In this document: positions 11,099-23,728 of the stretch, piece by piece
How the letters are laid out: each line of letters begins with the position of its first letter
Position numbering within the stretch: position 1 is the stretch's first letter
NCBI GenBank assembly: GCA_964187785.1
Contig: OZ076416.1
Coordinates: 31,682,001 to 31,746,000 of the forward strand
Direction of reading: 5' to 3'
Source of the DNA: Amphiscolops sp. MND2022
Lineage: Eukaryota
DNA: 64,000 nucleotides
The notes under the pieces: generated by a model
Database searches by the model: none
What the model saw: only the letters and a program-made list of their open reading frames with translations
What the model was told of the DNA's origin: nothing
Program-made: the position numbers and the translations under genes

Positions 11099-12600
11099 TG
11101 TCGCAGGCTGCCGCCTGTGACTGCACGAAGATTACAACGAGCTCAATCGGACAAGAAACAGCGACAGGTACTCTCCCGATTTTTTAAACTAAAACTAATA
11201 ATGGAAGCTTGAACTTTTTATCCCAATTTTACCATTTCTTGCACGATTTCATACTTGATGTTGCTGTATATTTTCATTTTTATTTACAATAATTAGTCTG
11301 TTGAGGCTTACAATCGAAAGCTCCGTCTGAATGTTTTAATGTATCAGAATTAGCAGTGAGTAATGTGTTCAATGTAATTGAAACAGAAAGCAAGCAAGTA
11401 TACGGTGTAACGGAAACGAGTTCAAGTGAACGAAACTCCTACCCCGGAGACGTCACTTGAGCTCGTTATATTAGCCAATCACAATCGTTCATTTTGCAGT
11501 ATTGTACTCGTTTTAATTAATTGGCCGGATAAGACCGTTTGACGCATTGATGCATTTATTGAGCGAGACAATAGGCAAATGGCCGAAATAGGCCATTTCT
11601 CTAATTCATTGTTTAAATCGCAATGATGATATTTGTACGATTTGATTGTCATGTAAGATTAGATTTATACTTGGAAATACTCATGAGCCTTTTGAGACTA
11701 ATCAGTGAAATTAATATTAACCAGCGATAACGATTTAGATACCAGTCCTTTGGACTACTCCGGCCACTTTCATTAACCAACCCTCCTTTCAAATGGCCAT
11801 TTTGGGCCATGTTTCATTGTGCAAAGTTACATGTATTAGTGTTGCCTGCTTGTTGAATCTGCCTGCATACGCAGGCACGTGCCAATACAAAGCAGTTTAC
11901 AATCTTTAAAAATTTGTAATATGACACTTGTCTGATGTACTTTGCCGAGTTAAAATGTTTGTTATCATATTAAAGATAGGAATTTGAATGGCCAAGTGAC
12001 TTGATCAATCCTATTCCAATAACGCTTTGATAAGCGACTCGTGACCCAGTCAGTGCTTTTTGGAATGTTGTTTTTGCATTTTTGAATTGTTATGCTATGT
12101 ATGTCATGCCCAAGGGTGTATAAATAGTAGTTGTGTTCCTTGGGAAGACACAATTTGTTTCATTCTTCTATTGTTCAGTTTAACCACAAACGCACTCTGT
12201 TTAAACCTAAAAATACTCTTTTCCGAATACAATCGTATTGAAAGATTTGTTTTTCGAAAACAATCTAATTCTTCAAATGCCTACCACAAGAAAACAAAAG
12301 AAAGCTAGAAAGTCTAGAGGACTTGAAAAACTCTAAGATATTGAATTTCTTGACGTTATGTTAGGAGAAAACCATTTTATTGGGATGGACAGAGGAGAAA
12401 GCTTAGATAGCAACTTGGCTAAATGGCCAGAAAGCGCCACTAGTAACAATTTTGGAAATGACGACGAGAAGTTGTATCCGAACCGTAGAGCTATCAGTTC
12501 AGGGATTAATGCCGATTACGGTCAGAATTCGGTCGATACTAATTCTAATGCTGAGATTGATAGGTTATCGAGTGAATTGAACTCTAGAATATCCAGGGAG
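11099..12600 (+). mobile_element. Truncated LTR related to E1, carrying the LTR-embedded gag N-terminus
   Basis: Begins TGTCGCAGGCTGCCGCCTGTGA (E1: TGTCGCAGGCTGCCACCTGTGA); ATG at 12277 gives MPTTRKQKKARKSRG..*..DVMLG...RLSSELNSRISRE, homologous to E1 MPSTRRQKAKTRKSRE..DMMLG..MLSEELNLRISQ. Confidence 0.75.
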
Positions 12601-14808
12601 ATTGCGTCAGTTGTCATCGCCCTAGTCGTTGACAGTGCAGAATGGGAGAAGCAACTGCTCAGCAATGTCGTTCCCATTCTCGCATGTTTGAAAGGCAGGG
12701 ATCAGTTGAGCACTATGGTTTTGGAAGGAGACGCCTTGGTTGGCAAGGCATTGGCCGCTACAATTGCTCCAAAAACTCCCTTCGTGACTGGAATGGTTAC
12801 TCAGACGACTGTGTTCGATGAAACTCGCAGGCAGTTTCTAATCGAGTTCTCTGGTCTGGTTCCGCTGAGTATACTGGAGTATTTTCGCATTCGCCTGATG
12901 TCCGTTGTCCAAGAACGCTTCTTAGATCGATTGCCGCATTTACGAGAAGTAAGTTTTACTGTGTATAGGAAAGACTTTTGTTTGTAACTCACTCCTTCTT
13001 ATGTGGTGGTCTTTTCTTTGAGATTGTGCTCTATACTCTTGTCCTGTGCTTTTGTTATGTGAAAGGAGGTGTGCTAGTAATATGTTTTGTTTTGCAGTAT
13101 GTACGCTATGGAGAAAGTGACGTCGTTCAGTTGGCAAAGGTGTCCACTGAAATAGTTGAATACTGGAACAATCTAGCCCTGTATTTTGGGACGCATCGAC
13201 CGAATGGACTTCAGAGTTGCTGGTGATTACGCCTTTGGAGAAGCAGGTCTTTGACGATGCGATGGTTCGGCCGCGGTTTGCTGTACTTCGCGTGGTGTTG
13301 GATCTGAGTTAGTATAGGCTATTCATATCCTACTGAGACGTATTTGGTTTTTTGTTTTTCTTTGAAATTAGGGCTGATAGCTTCGTAACTAGAACTGGTG
13401 TTTGACGTTTTGGTTAGTTGGATTGTTCTTTTATAACGGTGATTGATGTCGTTTTGTTTCAGTGGTGAAGTACTGTACTCGACTTTGTGGGCAAGGACGG
13501 GACCGTCGTTTAGTCGTGGAGCGTGAACTTGCGCATTTTATTCGTGGGTTAATGCAGTTTGTTTACCCGTCGTCTGTTATTCCGGCTGCCTACGACGTGA
13601 CCGCTTTGTTAAAGCCAGTGGATCTCGAATGTGCTGATGTGGATGCGGATCTTTACTGTTTACATTTCGGGCAGTACTTTCGCTTTGATATCAGTACTCA
13701 ACTGCCTTATTTCTATAAATCAGTTCAAAAGTTGTTGGTTGGGCTGTGTACCGGATTGACGCGTATGTGGCAACGAGTGTGGGCTGAGTACTTCAGTCTT
13801 ACTCCTTTTGACCCTGATCTGATACACAGTGGTTCCGACGACCGGCGCACCGACGCGCTTGTAGAAACCTGTGCTGTTTTGACCGATCGCGCTTACTTGA
13901 CTTGGATTACGGAGGAGCAGTGCAGCAGGAGTATATGGAAGTAACGCAATACATCAAGAGGCGTTGGTCGGCTTTGCAAGAAGGGGTGTCTGTTCTGAAG
14001 ATGTAATTGCTATGTGGATGTCGTACCCGCATTGGGATCGAAAACAGCATTTATGGCGCGTAGTGGATGTAGTATTCGGAATCGTTGTGGTGAGTCCTTA
14101 CGTTGCCGATTTCGTGGACGATTCTCAGACAGCTCTGGATTCAGATACTTTGGTATCTAGTTTGCACTTCGTGAGGAGCTGGTTCCGTTATTCATTTGCG
14201 GGACGGACGCGACGGAATCTCCAAGGGTTGCTGCGCGTTACCGACTCAAGTGATATGTTGGAATCGCGTTTGCAGATGTGGTCCGAGCAAAACCTTGGGA
14301 CCAGTTGCTCAAAGTTGGTTTGGATACAACATTGGCTAGCTGTGAATCTGTTTTGACTAACGATCAGAATTCAACTGTTGTTCCTGCGGTGGATGATTAT
14401 CGTTCAAACGTGTTAGCACAGCTCAATAAGTTAGATAAAGAACCTGCCAGTCCTGCTCGTGGTCCCTCAAGCTCGAAAGGAAAACGTTCTGCTGAGGCAT
14501 CCAAAGCTAAAATGGCCCGTACGCAGTCGGCGGTGAAGCTACAGACTCCTGTTAGTGCACCTGTGCGTCGTTCTGGTGCTAAGAAAGATTCGTCGCGGGG
14601 TCAAGGCTCTTCGACTCGAATTGGCATCGGACGAAGCACCGGAGGAAAACCGCGTGGTGCAAAAACTTTGATCCTGTCTACTTGTTCTAGCGGTTATGTG
14701 TCGCACGACGTAAAGCAGTCTGTTGGTAAAGGAAAGAGTGTGACTGATAAGAAAAAGGCTCGACGAGCTGTTCTCGAGTCTTCAGATGGTGTTTTGGATG
14801 AGAATTAA
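12601..14808 (+). pseudogene. Decayed multi-exon gene of unknown function, antisense to and downstream of E2 pol
   Basis: Intron 12949-13097 (GAA|gtaagt...ttttgcag|TAT, phase 0) and intron 13308-13462 (A|gttagt...gttttgtttcag|TG, phase 1) join successive ORF pieces; frameshifts near 13220, 13930 and 14280; basic Ser/Lys/Arg-rich tail ends 14808. Confidence 0.6.
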
Positions 14809-15189
14809 TCTTAAACAATTTGTCAGTGAACTTGTTTTATGCGATTTTTTGTGTACTGTTTGTTTTTCTTTGTTTGACCGCCTTATTTGATGATGGTTTT
14901 TTGTTTACATGAGTGTATTATTTTCCGTGTTTGGATTGCAGAACAATTTACATGTTGATTACGTTAGAATACTTTTTCTACAAGTTGCATGTAGTTCGTT
15001 TTCTGCATTTGAAGGTTTACGTTGTTTGGCGACTAAGAAAGCTTGGTTCTTTCATGAATTTTAAATTACATGTAGTTGTGGTTAGGTATTTGTAGTGAGA
15101 CTTCATCTTCGCTGATGTGTGTCTTTTGTATTGTCCAGCAATGGGAAATGGGTTTCCCCATCTCCAATGGCGTTTGATGTGTCTAGACC

Positions 15190-15238
15190 TTGTTCTTTCT
15201 GACGCGAGGCGAAGACTATGAATCATCAGTAAGAACAA
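15190..15238. other. Stem-loop A (partner of 16298-16332)
   Basis: TTGTTCTT/AAGAACAA plus CTGA/TCAG stems around cgAGGCGAAGACT. Confidence 0.6.
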
Positions 15239-16297
15239 AGGCGTCACGACTTAATTGTCAGGTAAAGGTGACGACTGCATGTAACTGTCCTTGAGGAAGA
15301 GTTTTTTCTTTTCTTTTTCGTTTTTTTCTCTAGTTCATTGGGAAGGTCGTTTGCCGTCGCAAAAACCCATCCAAAACTAACAACGAATCCACTTGCTAAA
15401 GAGCAAGCTCCACCTGAATGTTTGACCAACCACGCAGACGCGCTTTTGATGACGCACCCACACAGCCGAACCACATCATGATTATTAGGGGCGGAAGTGT
15501 GAAACTAGGTTCTGGAGACGTAACTTAAACGAATCGGTTAATTCTTTTACATTCTCGTTTGTCGGCTGTTATGTTTGCAAAAGGGACGTAATTTAGTTGC
15601 TTCAGAGTTGGTGGTTACGGAATTGCAAAGCAATTCCTTTGAAGGCGTGTGGTTGGAGATTTTCGTGAATTGCATAAATTAGTGGTTCACTTGCACGTGT
15701 TCTACATGTACTTAGTAATTTCCGGTTAGGTTGATGTGGTGCATGTGACTGCACTACATGTATTTACTTTCGCGCTAAGCTGTCTCGGTAGAGAGTAACA
15801 ATTTACTCTGTCGGTAAACTCGGGTCTGCAGGACAGTGAGTATCAGTCGTCACTGAATGGTGTAAAGTAAATTGAGTAATTCGATGGCATGGTTGTAATA
15901 TGTGATGATTTAGACTACATTCAGTTAAATGCATGTATTTTTTATTTATGGTAAGAATGACGTGGTATGCGTGGCAGCGTTAGGTGTTTCTTTTCGTTCA
16001 TTCCGCTGGTGGAGTAGAGTGAAACTTTAAATAACACGTAGCGACGCGGTGTGTGGAACTGCGTTACGGATGTCTCGTCTGTCGGTCGTTAGCCGGTTAA
16101 GGACGGAAATATGCTTTGACCGGTATTTTTGAAAATTGAAGACAGTGAGTGCCAGACGTTATTTTTGTTATCATTCAGTATCGTTTTTCTTCGTGGGTAC
16201 TCGATTAAATTTGCATGTATGTGTTACGATACTCTTTTTTTTGTCGGGAGAGTGTAGAACACTCCCATTTAAATTTTGCATGTGGTAGTACTTCTCA

Positions 16298-16332
16298 TGC
16301 TGACACGAGGCGAAGCCTACGAGTTGTCAGCA
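16298..16332. other. Stem-loop B just 3' of the E2 pol stop
   Basis: TGCTGACA/TGTCAGCA stem enclosing AGGC-GAA-GCCT. Confidence 0.65.
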
Positions 16333-16366
16333 AAAGGAAAAAACGGATGTTATGTTTGCATGAGTT

Positions 16367-19300
16367 TTAGTTGGCGGTTCTGTCTTGCATGAATTTTAGC
16401 AAAGCGGGTTTGACTCGGAGTTCGTGGACTAAGAAGTCTTGGTAGGTTTTCGGTTGCGGCTCGGTTCGGAAGTTGTACCGTGTTGCGTTGTTACGCGACG
16501 TTGTGTGGTTGTGCTCATTGTGAATTTTCGTGGTATTTTCATTAACAGTTTCATTAACGAATCATTAACAGATTCGTTTGCTTCAGTAGCAGATTCGTTG
16601 TTGGTGTCGTGATGAACGACTGAATTGTCAGGAGGTTGCTCACAAGTTTCAGGTGGGCTTTCAGGAATTGGTTGCAGCAGCGTTTGGTCATCTGATTTCC
16701 GTACGTGCTCATAATAGATGACGCCATGTTCTTTGTCGATTTCTTCTTGATCCATTGTTTCCGGTGCTGGTTCTACGTACAAATGTTGGGGCATGTGGTC
16801 ATTTAAGAGCGCTTGATCATCGGCCGCATCGGGGTCAGCGAACAAGCGATTTGAGTCTTCTTCAATGTCCGGTATGGGTGCGTTCGGTGTGAAAGGACGT
16901 AATCTCATCCTATGCACGCACTGTGTTTGGAAAGTGCCGACTTTCCTGATTATGTAGTTAAAGTTTGTCAGAACCTTAATTACTTTGAAAGGACCTTCCC
17001 ATTTGAAGTCATTGAAGCTAATCTTGTCGGACTGTGTTGTGAGTTTGGGATTAAGCAGGAATGTGTAGTCGTTGACCTTTAATGGTAATGCTTGGGCTTT
17101 ACGGTCGTAGTACGTTTTGTACTTGTGGTATGCCTGCAGTATGTTGTCGTTGACTTGTTGGCACTTTTCGTTCACCTGGTCAACTAATCTCGTTATATCA
17201 GTTTCCGTGGTTTCACATTTCAGAGGGTTGCCGAATTTGAGGTCTAGTGCGTTAAACGGAACTCTGCCGTGGAAGACTTCGCTTGGAGTGCACTTGAGTG
17301 ATTGATGGTAGGTTGTGTTATGAGCCATTACCGCGAGGTTAACGTACCTGTATCATTGGGGGGAGTCGACGGAAATGTTAATCTCCAGAATCTGTTTCAG
17401 TTTTTGGTGGGAACGCTCCACCATCCCTATGGTTTGGGCATGCTTTACAGTAGCGTGATCGATTTTGATTCCGGCAGTTTTCATTATTTCGGTCATGATT
17501 CTGGATGTGAAAGCTGTGCCTTTGTCAGTGATAATTGTCTTTGGGACGTAGGCGTGTTGGGTGAATATTTGCATGAGTGTTTTTACCACCGATTAAGTGT
17601 CTGGTTTTCGGATCGGTACGGCGAACAAATACCGCGAGAAGTAGTCGCACGCCGTCAGGATGTGCGTGTATCCGTTTGAGTTAGGTAGTTCGCCTACCAA
17701 ATCGATTTCCAGTACGTCTTCCGGACCATTGCAGGGGTCGTAGATTTTTTCCAGGGGAGGCGTTAGTCGTTTCAGATTAACAGGTTTTGCTTTGATGCAC
17801 TCGATACAGTTACTTACGTACTTTGACACGTGTTCGCTCAGGCTTGGTATGTAATAACGCTTGCGGAGTTCTACCAACATTTTTGATGCCCCAGGGTGTC
17901 CCTGCATGGGGTCGCCATGCATTGTCCTGATTATGGGCATAGTAGTTTCTGGAGGTACTACGATTTGTTTGAGCAGAATTCCGCCGGTGTTATCAAAGAA
18001 TTTCCTATACAACACTTTGTTGACTACTTCAAGTCTTTTTTTGTTTTTTACCAGTTTTTGAAAAAAGGAACTAGTAAAGTTAACGTGGTTTGGTAGTGGT
18101 TCGTTGTTCGTTAAAATGCGAACCATTGTTTGGACGTCTTGGTTACTTAACTGATCTTGGACGATTTGTGAATCCCCTTGCGGGCATACCTGATTTACTG
18201 AGTTGGGGTGGTGAACGTCCGGTAAACCTCGTCAGTATGATGGAAGGGGTGTCTCCTGCCAGAACGGGTTCAAGGTGTCGGCTGATGATCTGAATCATCT
18301 TGAGACGTTCGTCGTCATGTGTCTGATGGTTGTTCGCCATTGAGTTTAGCAAAGTTCGCATCTTTGTGAAATCGTCTGCTGGACCAGTGGTTTCAGGCTG
18401 ATGTGTAGTGGGTGTCGCTACATCGGGTTGCTGTTGGTCCGGGTCGTAGTCTTCTTCGTCCTCGTCCTGTTTTGGGGTTTTGGCCGCAAGATCTATCTCA
18501 ATGTGGTGGACTGGGATCTGGTCATTCAATTTCAAGTGAATTCTATCTTCAGGAATAATATGGAGTCGGGACAAGTAATCTGCAGCAGGGTTCTCGACTC
18601 CAAGGACGTGGGCGTCAAATTGAAGTGCTTGGTCACAATGGTTCCACAGTTTGGGTGGGATTCGTTTCGCCTGGAAAAAGCGGGTCAGAGCTTTGTTGTC
18701 CGTCATCACAATTGTGGGTTTTTTGACTCCCCACAGTATGTGAGCAAATTCGTCGAAGGCGAAGTGCATTGCGAGGAATTCTTTAGCATAGATGGTCAAT
18801 GACATTTGACCTTCAGTGAATCGTTGCGAGCCGAATGCTACAGGGGCGTACGTCTTCTTCTGTCCATCATTGGCTTCGGTGTAGTCTTCAATGAGGAGCA
18901 CGTACCCTGCTGCGTGTTCGCTCGCATCACACATGATGACCAGTTGCTTGTCTGGTAGTGGTAGTCGAGGAGATAGTTTTGCAGCCCTCGCCAGGTTCTG
19001 ATTAATGTCGAAGATTGCGTCCTTGTGAACCTGCGTCAGGGTAAACTTGACGTCTTTCTGTAGTAATTTGTACAGAGGTACGAGCTTTTTGCCAACATCG
19101 GTATGTACTGTTTGTAGAATTTTACAAACCCGATGTAGCGTTGTAGTGATTTGACTGACGTTGGTGTTTTCAGGTTGTTGAGGAATTTGTCGATCTTGTG
19201 CTCAAGTGGTGCGATCCTTTTGGTAGTGATGCTTCTACCCAAGAAATCGATCTTTGGGTGGCCAAAGGCGCATTTGGACATCGACAGCTTTAGTCCTGCC

Positions 19301-21248
19301 TTCTGTATCTGCTGGAAAACTGCTTCGATGTTAATTATCAGTTCGTCCACATTGTTGGCAGCGATCCCAGTGTCGTCGACATATTGGACACATTTGTCTG
19401 CTTTTACTAGTGCTTCCAGATACTCGCGAATTGTGCTGTTGAACGCAGACAAAGACCTATTCAACCCTTGCGCAAGTCGGAGGTAAGCAAAAGTTCTGCT
19501 GCCAAAATTGAATGCCAGAAGTTGTATTGACTGTTCGTCGGCCATTTGAAGGCAGTGGTAAGCTTCCGAACAGTCAAGCTTGCAAAAGTACTTCTTGCCA
19601 GCCATATGCTGGGCTGCATCGGCAATCATCGTTACTGGATGGTTGTGTTTGTTGTAGTCGTTTTTGAGGAGGTGGTTGCTGTATGGTAACGTTGTGATGA
19701 TCCCGTACTCCTGCATCAGTGCCAGTTCAACCAGCAGGTAATCTTTCAGATTGGTTGGAGTAGGTAGACTCTGTGCGTACACAGGATCATCGTGTTTGGG
19801 TGTCAGCTTGATTTTGAAATCGGTGTTGATGCCGATATCAAGACGATGTCTAACAAATATCGTGTGGTATTTGACGAGCAGTTCTTCGATTCTCTGTTGC
19901 TCGTGCTCAGTGGGGACCGAGTCGTCCCAGCTGAAATTTTTGAGGAACACCAGGCGTTGTTGCTCAGGAACCTCAGCTTCTCGGAGTTTGATGAGTTCGT
20001 CGTAGATGCGTCTTTCTATTTTATTTAGCTTGTAGGATCGTCACATAACTCGGGCGTCGGGTACCATCGTTTATCATTTGTGGCACTGGGATCCTGGAAC
20101 AATTGGTTGATCACGTTGGCTGCTTCATCGGGGAATTTAGTGATCAACGTCAGATGCTCGTTAGTCATTGGCTGGATGTTTCTGGCTTGGTTTGGCGTAA
20201 GTATTCGGAAGACTACGATTGTGCTGTTCTGGGGTATTGTAACTGCGTGGTCCATGTGGTTGGTGATTTGGACGTGGGTCTGTTGGTCCTTGATTTCGGA
20301 CATTGATGGAGACACTAGCAATTGGTTTTTCGTTCAAAGGCTGGGAACGCCTCTATTGTGCCTGTCACTGTTCCAATGTTCTTGTCCGTTGTAGCAAGCA
20401 CAAAGATTTGTTGTCCGGGCGAGATGGTTGGTTTTTGGGTTGTTCTGAATTCCAACATCTGCAGTTTGAATTTCACATTTGGCGGTTTTAGTTGGAGGAT
20501 TTTTTCTAGGAATCGCACAATGTTATTTGCAAGGTCCAGCGTAACAAAGTATTTTTTAAAGAAGGACATTCCGATGAGGATGTTTACCATTGTTGGTAAG
20601 ATCATGAATGTCTCTTCGAATATTTTTCCTCCAATGAAAAGGCGAAGAAGCACTTGCTTTCTCACCGGAACGATGTTTCCGTTGGCTATTTGGACTTTGA
20701 AGTCCGGTGCTGGATATTCCTCTAACTGGGCTGCTGGGTGGGCTTGTAGGATTCGACGTAGTTCGTTCTCAGACATCGCGCTCTGGATTGCTCCAGTTGT
20801 CCAGTAGCCCTTGATTTTCGTATTTCCGGAATTGAATAGGAACGTAGAGCATCTTGTTTCTTCTGTCTAGCTGAAGTGTAGAACTTAATGGTCTAATGTT
20901 TGTTGGCTTCGGTGGGTGCCCCCGTTTGGTATCGTCATTCAGTTCATTCGTCTTTTGTTGTGGGTTTCTGGTTCTGGCCGGGTTGACACTCTCTCGTTGT
21001 TGTGGTCTAGCTGCGTTCTCTTTCGGAATGCAGTCCTTCGTTGTACAATTAGGGTTGTCGTCTTTGAGAGGAAGTATATGGTAGTTGTTTGTCGAGACTT
21101 TGTGTACATAGTATTTCGTCGAAGGTTTAGTCTGTTTGTCAGGACGCTGCCAACATCCTGTCGTTGTAGTTTTCGAGTAGTAGTGAGTTTGAGTTGGTTT
21201 TTTGGTGCGCGCATTTTCTGTTTGGTTGGACTGAGGATGACGTGGCAT
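16367..21248 (-). pseudogene. pol: E2 pol polyprotein PR-RT-RNaseH-IN (Ty3/Gypsy order), multiply frameshifted
   Basis: LLD(T)GAIQSAM protease site at about 20792-20801 (1-nt insertion); RT YVDD in ORF 19036-19950 with an internal deletion; RH CDAS..KEF..TDNKAL; IN H..H..CIEC, DLVG, TDKG, ERSH; tail TRYNFR..TAN* with stop at 16367-16369. Confidence 0.93.
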
Positions 21249-21501
21249 TACAAGTTCTTTGAATTCGGGTTGAACTCATCGTTGTAATCCGTGTCGTAGC
21301 AGTCGTTACCTTCTTCTGGTTGGGTAGTCTGGCTTGTCGCTTGCGTGGCTTGGTAGGTTGGCTGATAGTTGTTTTGCGACTGTTTGAATTCACGACGGAA
21401 TTCGCGATTTTCATTGGTGGACTGCTTGTCATATGGTACATTTCGGTAAGCCGATGCACCTGGTACCCTGTCTCTGCAATCCCGTGCGGAATGTCCCATT
21501 A

Positions 21502-21706
21502 CAGGGCATAGGCAAGCTAATTTGCTGCTTGTCGTGGAATCCGGGACACGAAAATTCCGCTGCTTGTCCGTGGAATGCTTGTTTGTGGAATCCGGGACTT
21601 ATGACGTAATTTGCCAATTTTGCACGGTTAAAGGTATTGTCGTGGAATCCGAGGTATTGAAAGCACAAAGTTGCGCTTTGAGCAAATTAAGCTTGCCTAT
21701 GCACTC
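21502..21706. mobile_element. About 205-bp Tc1/mariner-like MITE inserted in E2 gag
   Basis: TIR CAGGGCATAGGCAAGCTAATTTGCT vs AGCAAATTAAGCTTGCCTATGCACTC; TA at 21500-21501 and 21707-21708; internal tgtcgtggaatccg repeats. Confidence 0.65.
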
Positions 21707-22712
21707 TAATGCCGACCTTGCCTAAAATTTGGCATACTAGTTTGGAGTTGTATCGTGGTTTTTCGGTTTCTTGTTGTTGGGCATTGTTGTTTCCAGGTTG
21801 GGGACGTTGTTGTGATTTCTTTGTTATTCCGTTGGCTTCGTCCCTGAGGCGTTTGCGGCATTCGATCCACTTGTGGCCCAGTATGTTGCAGTATCTGCAA
21901 TTTCCTTCGAATTTTCGTTTGACTTCTCTTGTGGCGTTGTTCTCGGTGTTGTTGTGGCCGACTGAGCATTGTTTTGTTTCGGTTGGTAGTTGTAGACCTG
22001 GTTAAGTCGCTGCATTTCTGAAGTGCCAGGGAGCAATTGTGCATATTGGCAACGGCGTTGTACAAACGTCTTGATTTCTTTGACCTTGGCATCGTGTTTG
22101 CCTGCCATGACAAGTTCATTTTGGATCTGGATTGGCAGTTTTGCAAACAAAAATGTCTCGGCAATGTCGTTGGCTTTGTCTCCATACGCTTGTTTAGCGA
22201 GTTTCTTGTATTTGGTGAGGAAATCGGCAAACGACTCCTTCGTGGGGTCGTACCTCATCTGGTCGAATTTATACTTCGATACCTCTCTGAGGTCGTCCTT
22301 TGCATACTCTTTGTTGAATGCTTGCAGGACGTCGTGGAGTGTCGTTTCGGTTGTGATTTTTAGGGTTTGCCAGAATTTTATGGCCTCGTCTCGGAGCAAG
22401 CTCTGGAAGTAGTTCAGTTTCTGCTCTTCTGTCAGTTTATTCATGTGTGGGCGGAGGTGGTTCTTCAGTAGGTGTTCGAATTCATTATATTTGTCTCGGT
22501 TTCCGCGGAAGAGAGGGACTTGAGTTTGGAGGATTTTGGGCTGTATCACTCCATCAGTCATTGTTGTCCGTAGATTGTGGATTTCGGTCATGACGTCGTC
22601 CATTTGAGGGTCATTGGTGGATGGTGCACGGTTTCTGGTCTGGTTGGTTGCAGGGGTTGGAAGGGTCCTGCGTGGCTGTTGGAGGTTTGGAATCGGGATT
22701 GAGTTCGTGGAG

Positions 22713-22725
22713 ACTCCTGTCACCA
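22713..22725 (-). promoter_or_regulatory. E2 primer-binding site TGGTGACAGGAGT
   Basis: Identical to the E1 PBS; abuts the LTR end ...TCTGACA. Confidence 0.85.
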
Positions 22726-23728
22726 TGTCAGAACGGGTCACGTTCGAGTTGTTAACGGTGTTAAGTCCGTTACATTCACTAGTAGATGATGAGATCTTCT
22801 GGGTTAAGGCCATCACAATGCTCGTTAAGTCGCTAATTTGCCTATTCATTTCCATGAAACGTTGATCGACTGAACTCGAGTTAGGATTTTGTCTACTGCT
22901 GATAATATCTCCACTATCAAAATCATTCATCTGGTTTCTCGACAAGACTTCCGGAAAGTTGTTCTCACTCTCGTTATCACTGTTCTGTTCCATTCTACTG
23001 GAACTTGCCGCATAACTGTCTACGTGCTGTGATCTCGTATTAACCATGCTTGGTTCTTTAATAAGACTTTTGAGTTTTTAAGTTTATTGTTTAAATCGAA
23101 GGAGAAGAATTACAAGTTTGTATGTTAACGATGTAAGCAACACTACGTTAGCTGAAGGTAAATTGTACTGAAGGTATTTCAACACTTGTTACTTTCTGCA
23201 CAATGCTGGTCACGCGTCTATGTCACGTGACTGTTTTGACCAATGATATTGCTCTATTGATTAGGTGTTAATTGGTGCGTCCTGCTGGTCGCAACGCAAA
23301 TGGTCTTTTGTACGAAATATAGCACCAATATGTTGCTACGGTTACCTGAGTCATCTATCATCTTGTTAAACCGATACAACTTTAAGATGATGGCGACATA
23401 TCATCATTGCACGTAATTCTTCAGGTTACTGGTAAAGCTAAATATGGTGGAAGCACTTGTACACTGAGTATAAATATGATGAATGCACTTGTACGTAGAG
23501 TATAATGATTAAATGATGCTAACTTTTGTACGTTAACTACACTTTGGGAAAAGAATTGATGATGATGGGATAAGCCCATCATTGTTCAGTAGTAATTCAT
23601 GGTTATTGAAATATCAGACATATTGCATTTAACTGAGTTGTTTAATGTTTAGAATGTTTTTTATCAGTTTCATTGTTGTATTCTTTCTGTATCAACCACT
23701 GTCTAAACTTGATGTAGTTGTATTGACA
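22726..23728 (-). repeat. E2 5' LTR (about 1003 bp); no partner LTR found in the window
   Basis: Inner end fixed by the PBS; outer end inferred from the TGTCA/TGACA terminal inverted pentamer. Confidence 0.6.

Larger units (their letters stand above)
21248..23047 (-). pseudogene. gag: E2 gag (starts inside the 5' LTR; capsid-like core, CCHC knuckles), frameshifted and MITE-interrupted
   Basis: ORF 21824-23047; CRYCNILGHKWIEC at about 21856-21897; ..MGHSARDC; ends NSKNL* at 21248. Confidence 0.88.

Noticed and set aside
12358-12987. 209-aa ORF as a real gene
   Set aside because: Chimera: the first 81 aa are LTR-borne gag N-terminus, the rest is unrelated exon and intron sequence
13372-13412. 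41-nt mini-exon between 50-64 nt introns
   Set aside because: Stops in all three frames; skipping it restores the frame
15487-15510. AGGGGCGGAAG-TGTGAA as PPT plus LTR start of a + strand element owning the 12.6-14.8 kb gene
   Set aside because: No matching LTR elsewhere (11099 begins differently), no clear break before the E2 pol stop, and the homologous gene next to E5 is antisense to pol; not fully excluded
17117-22865. Numerous + strand ORFs opposite E2 gag-pol
   Set aside because: Shadow ORFs of a coding strand; no motifs or splice logic
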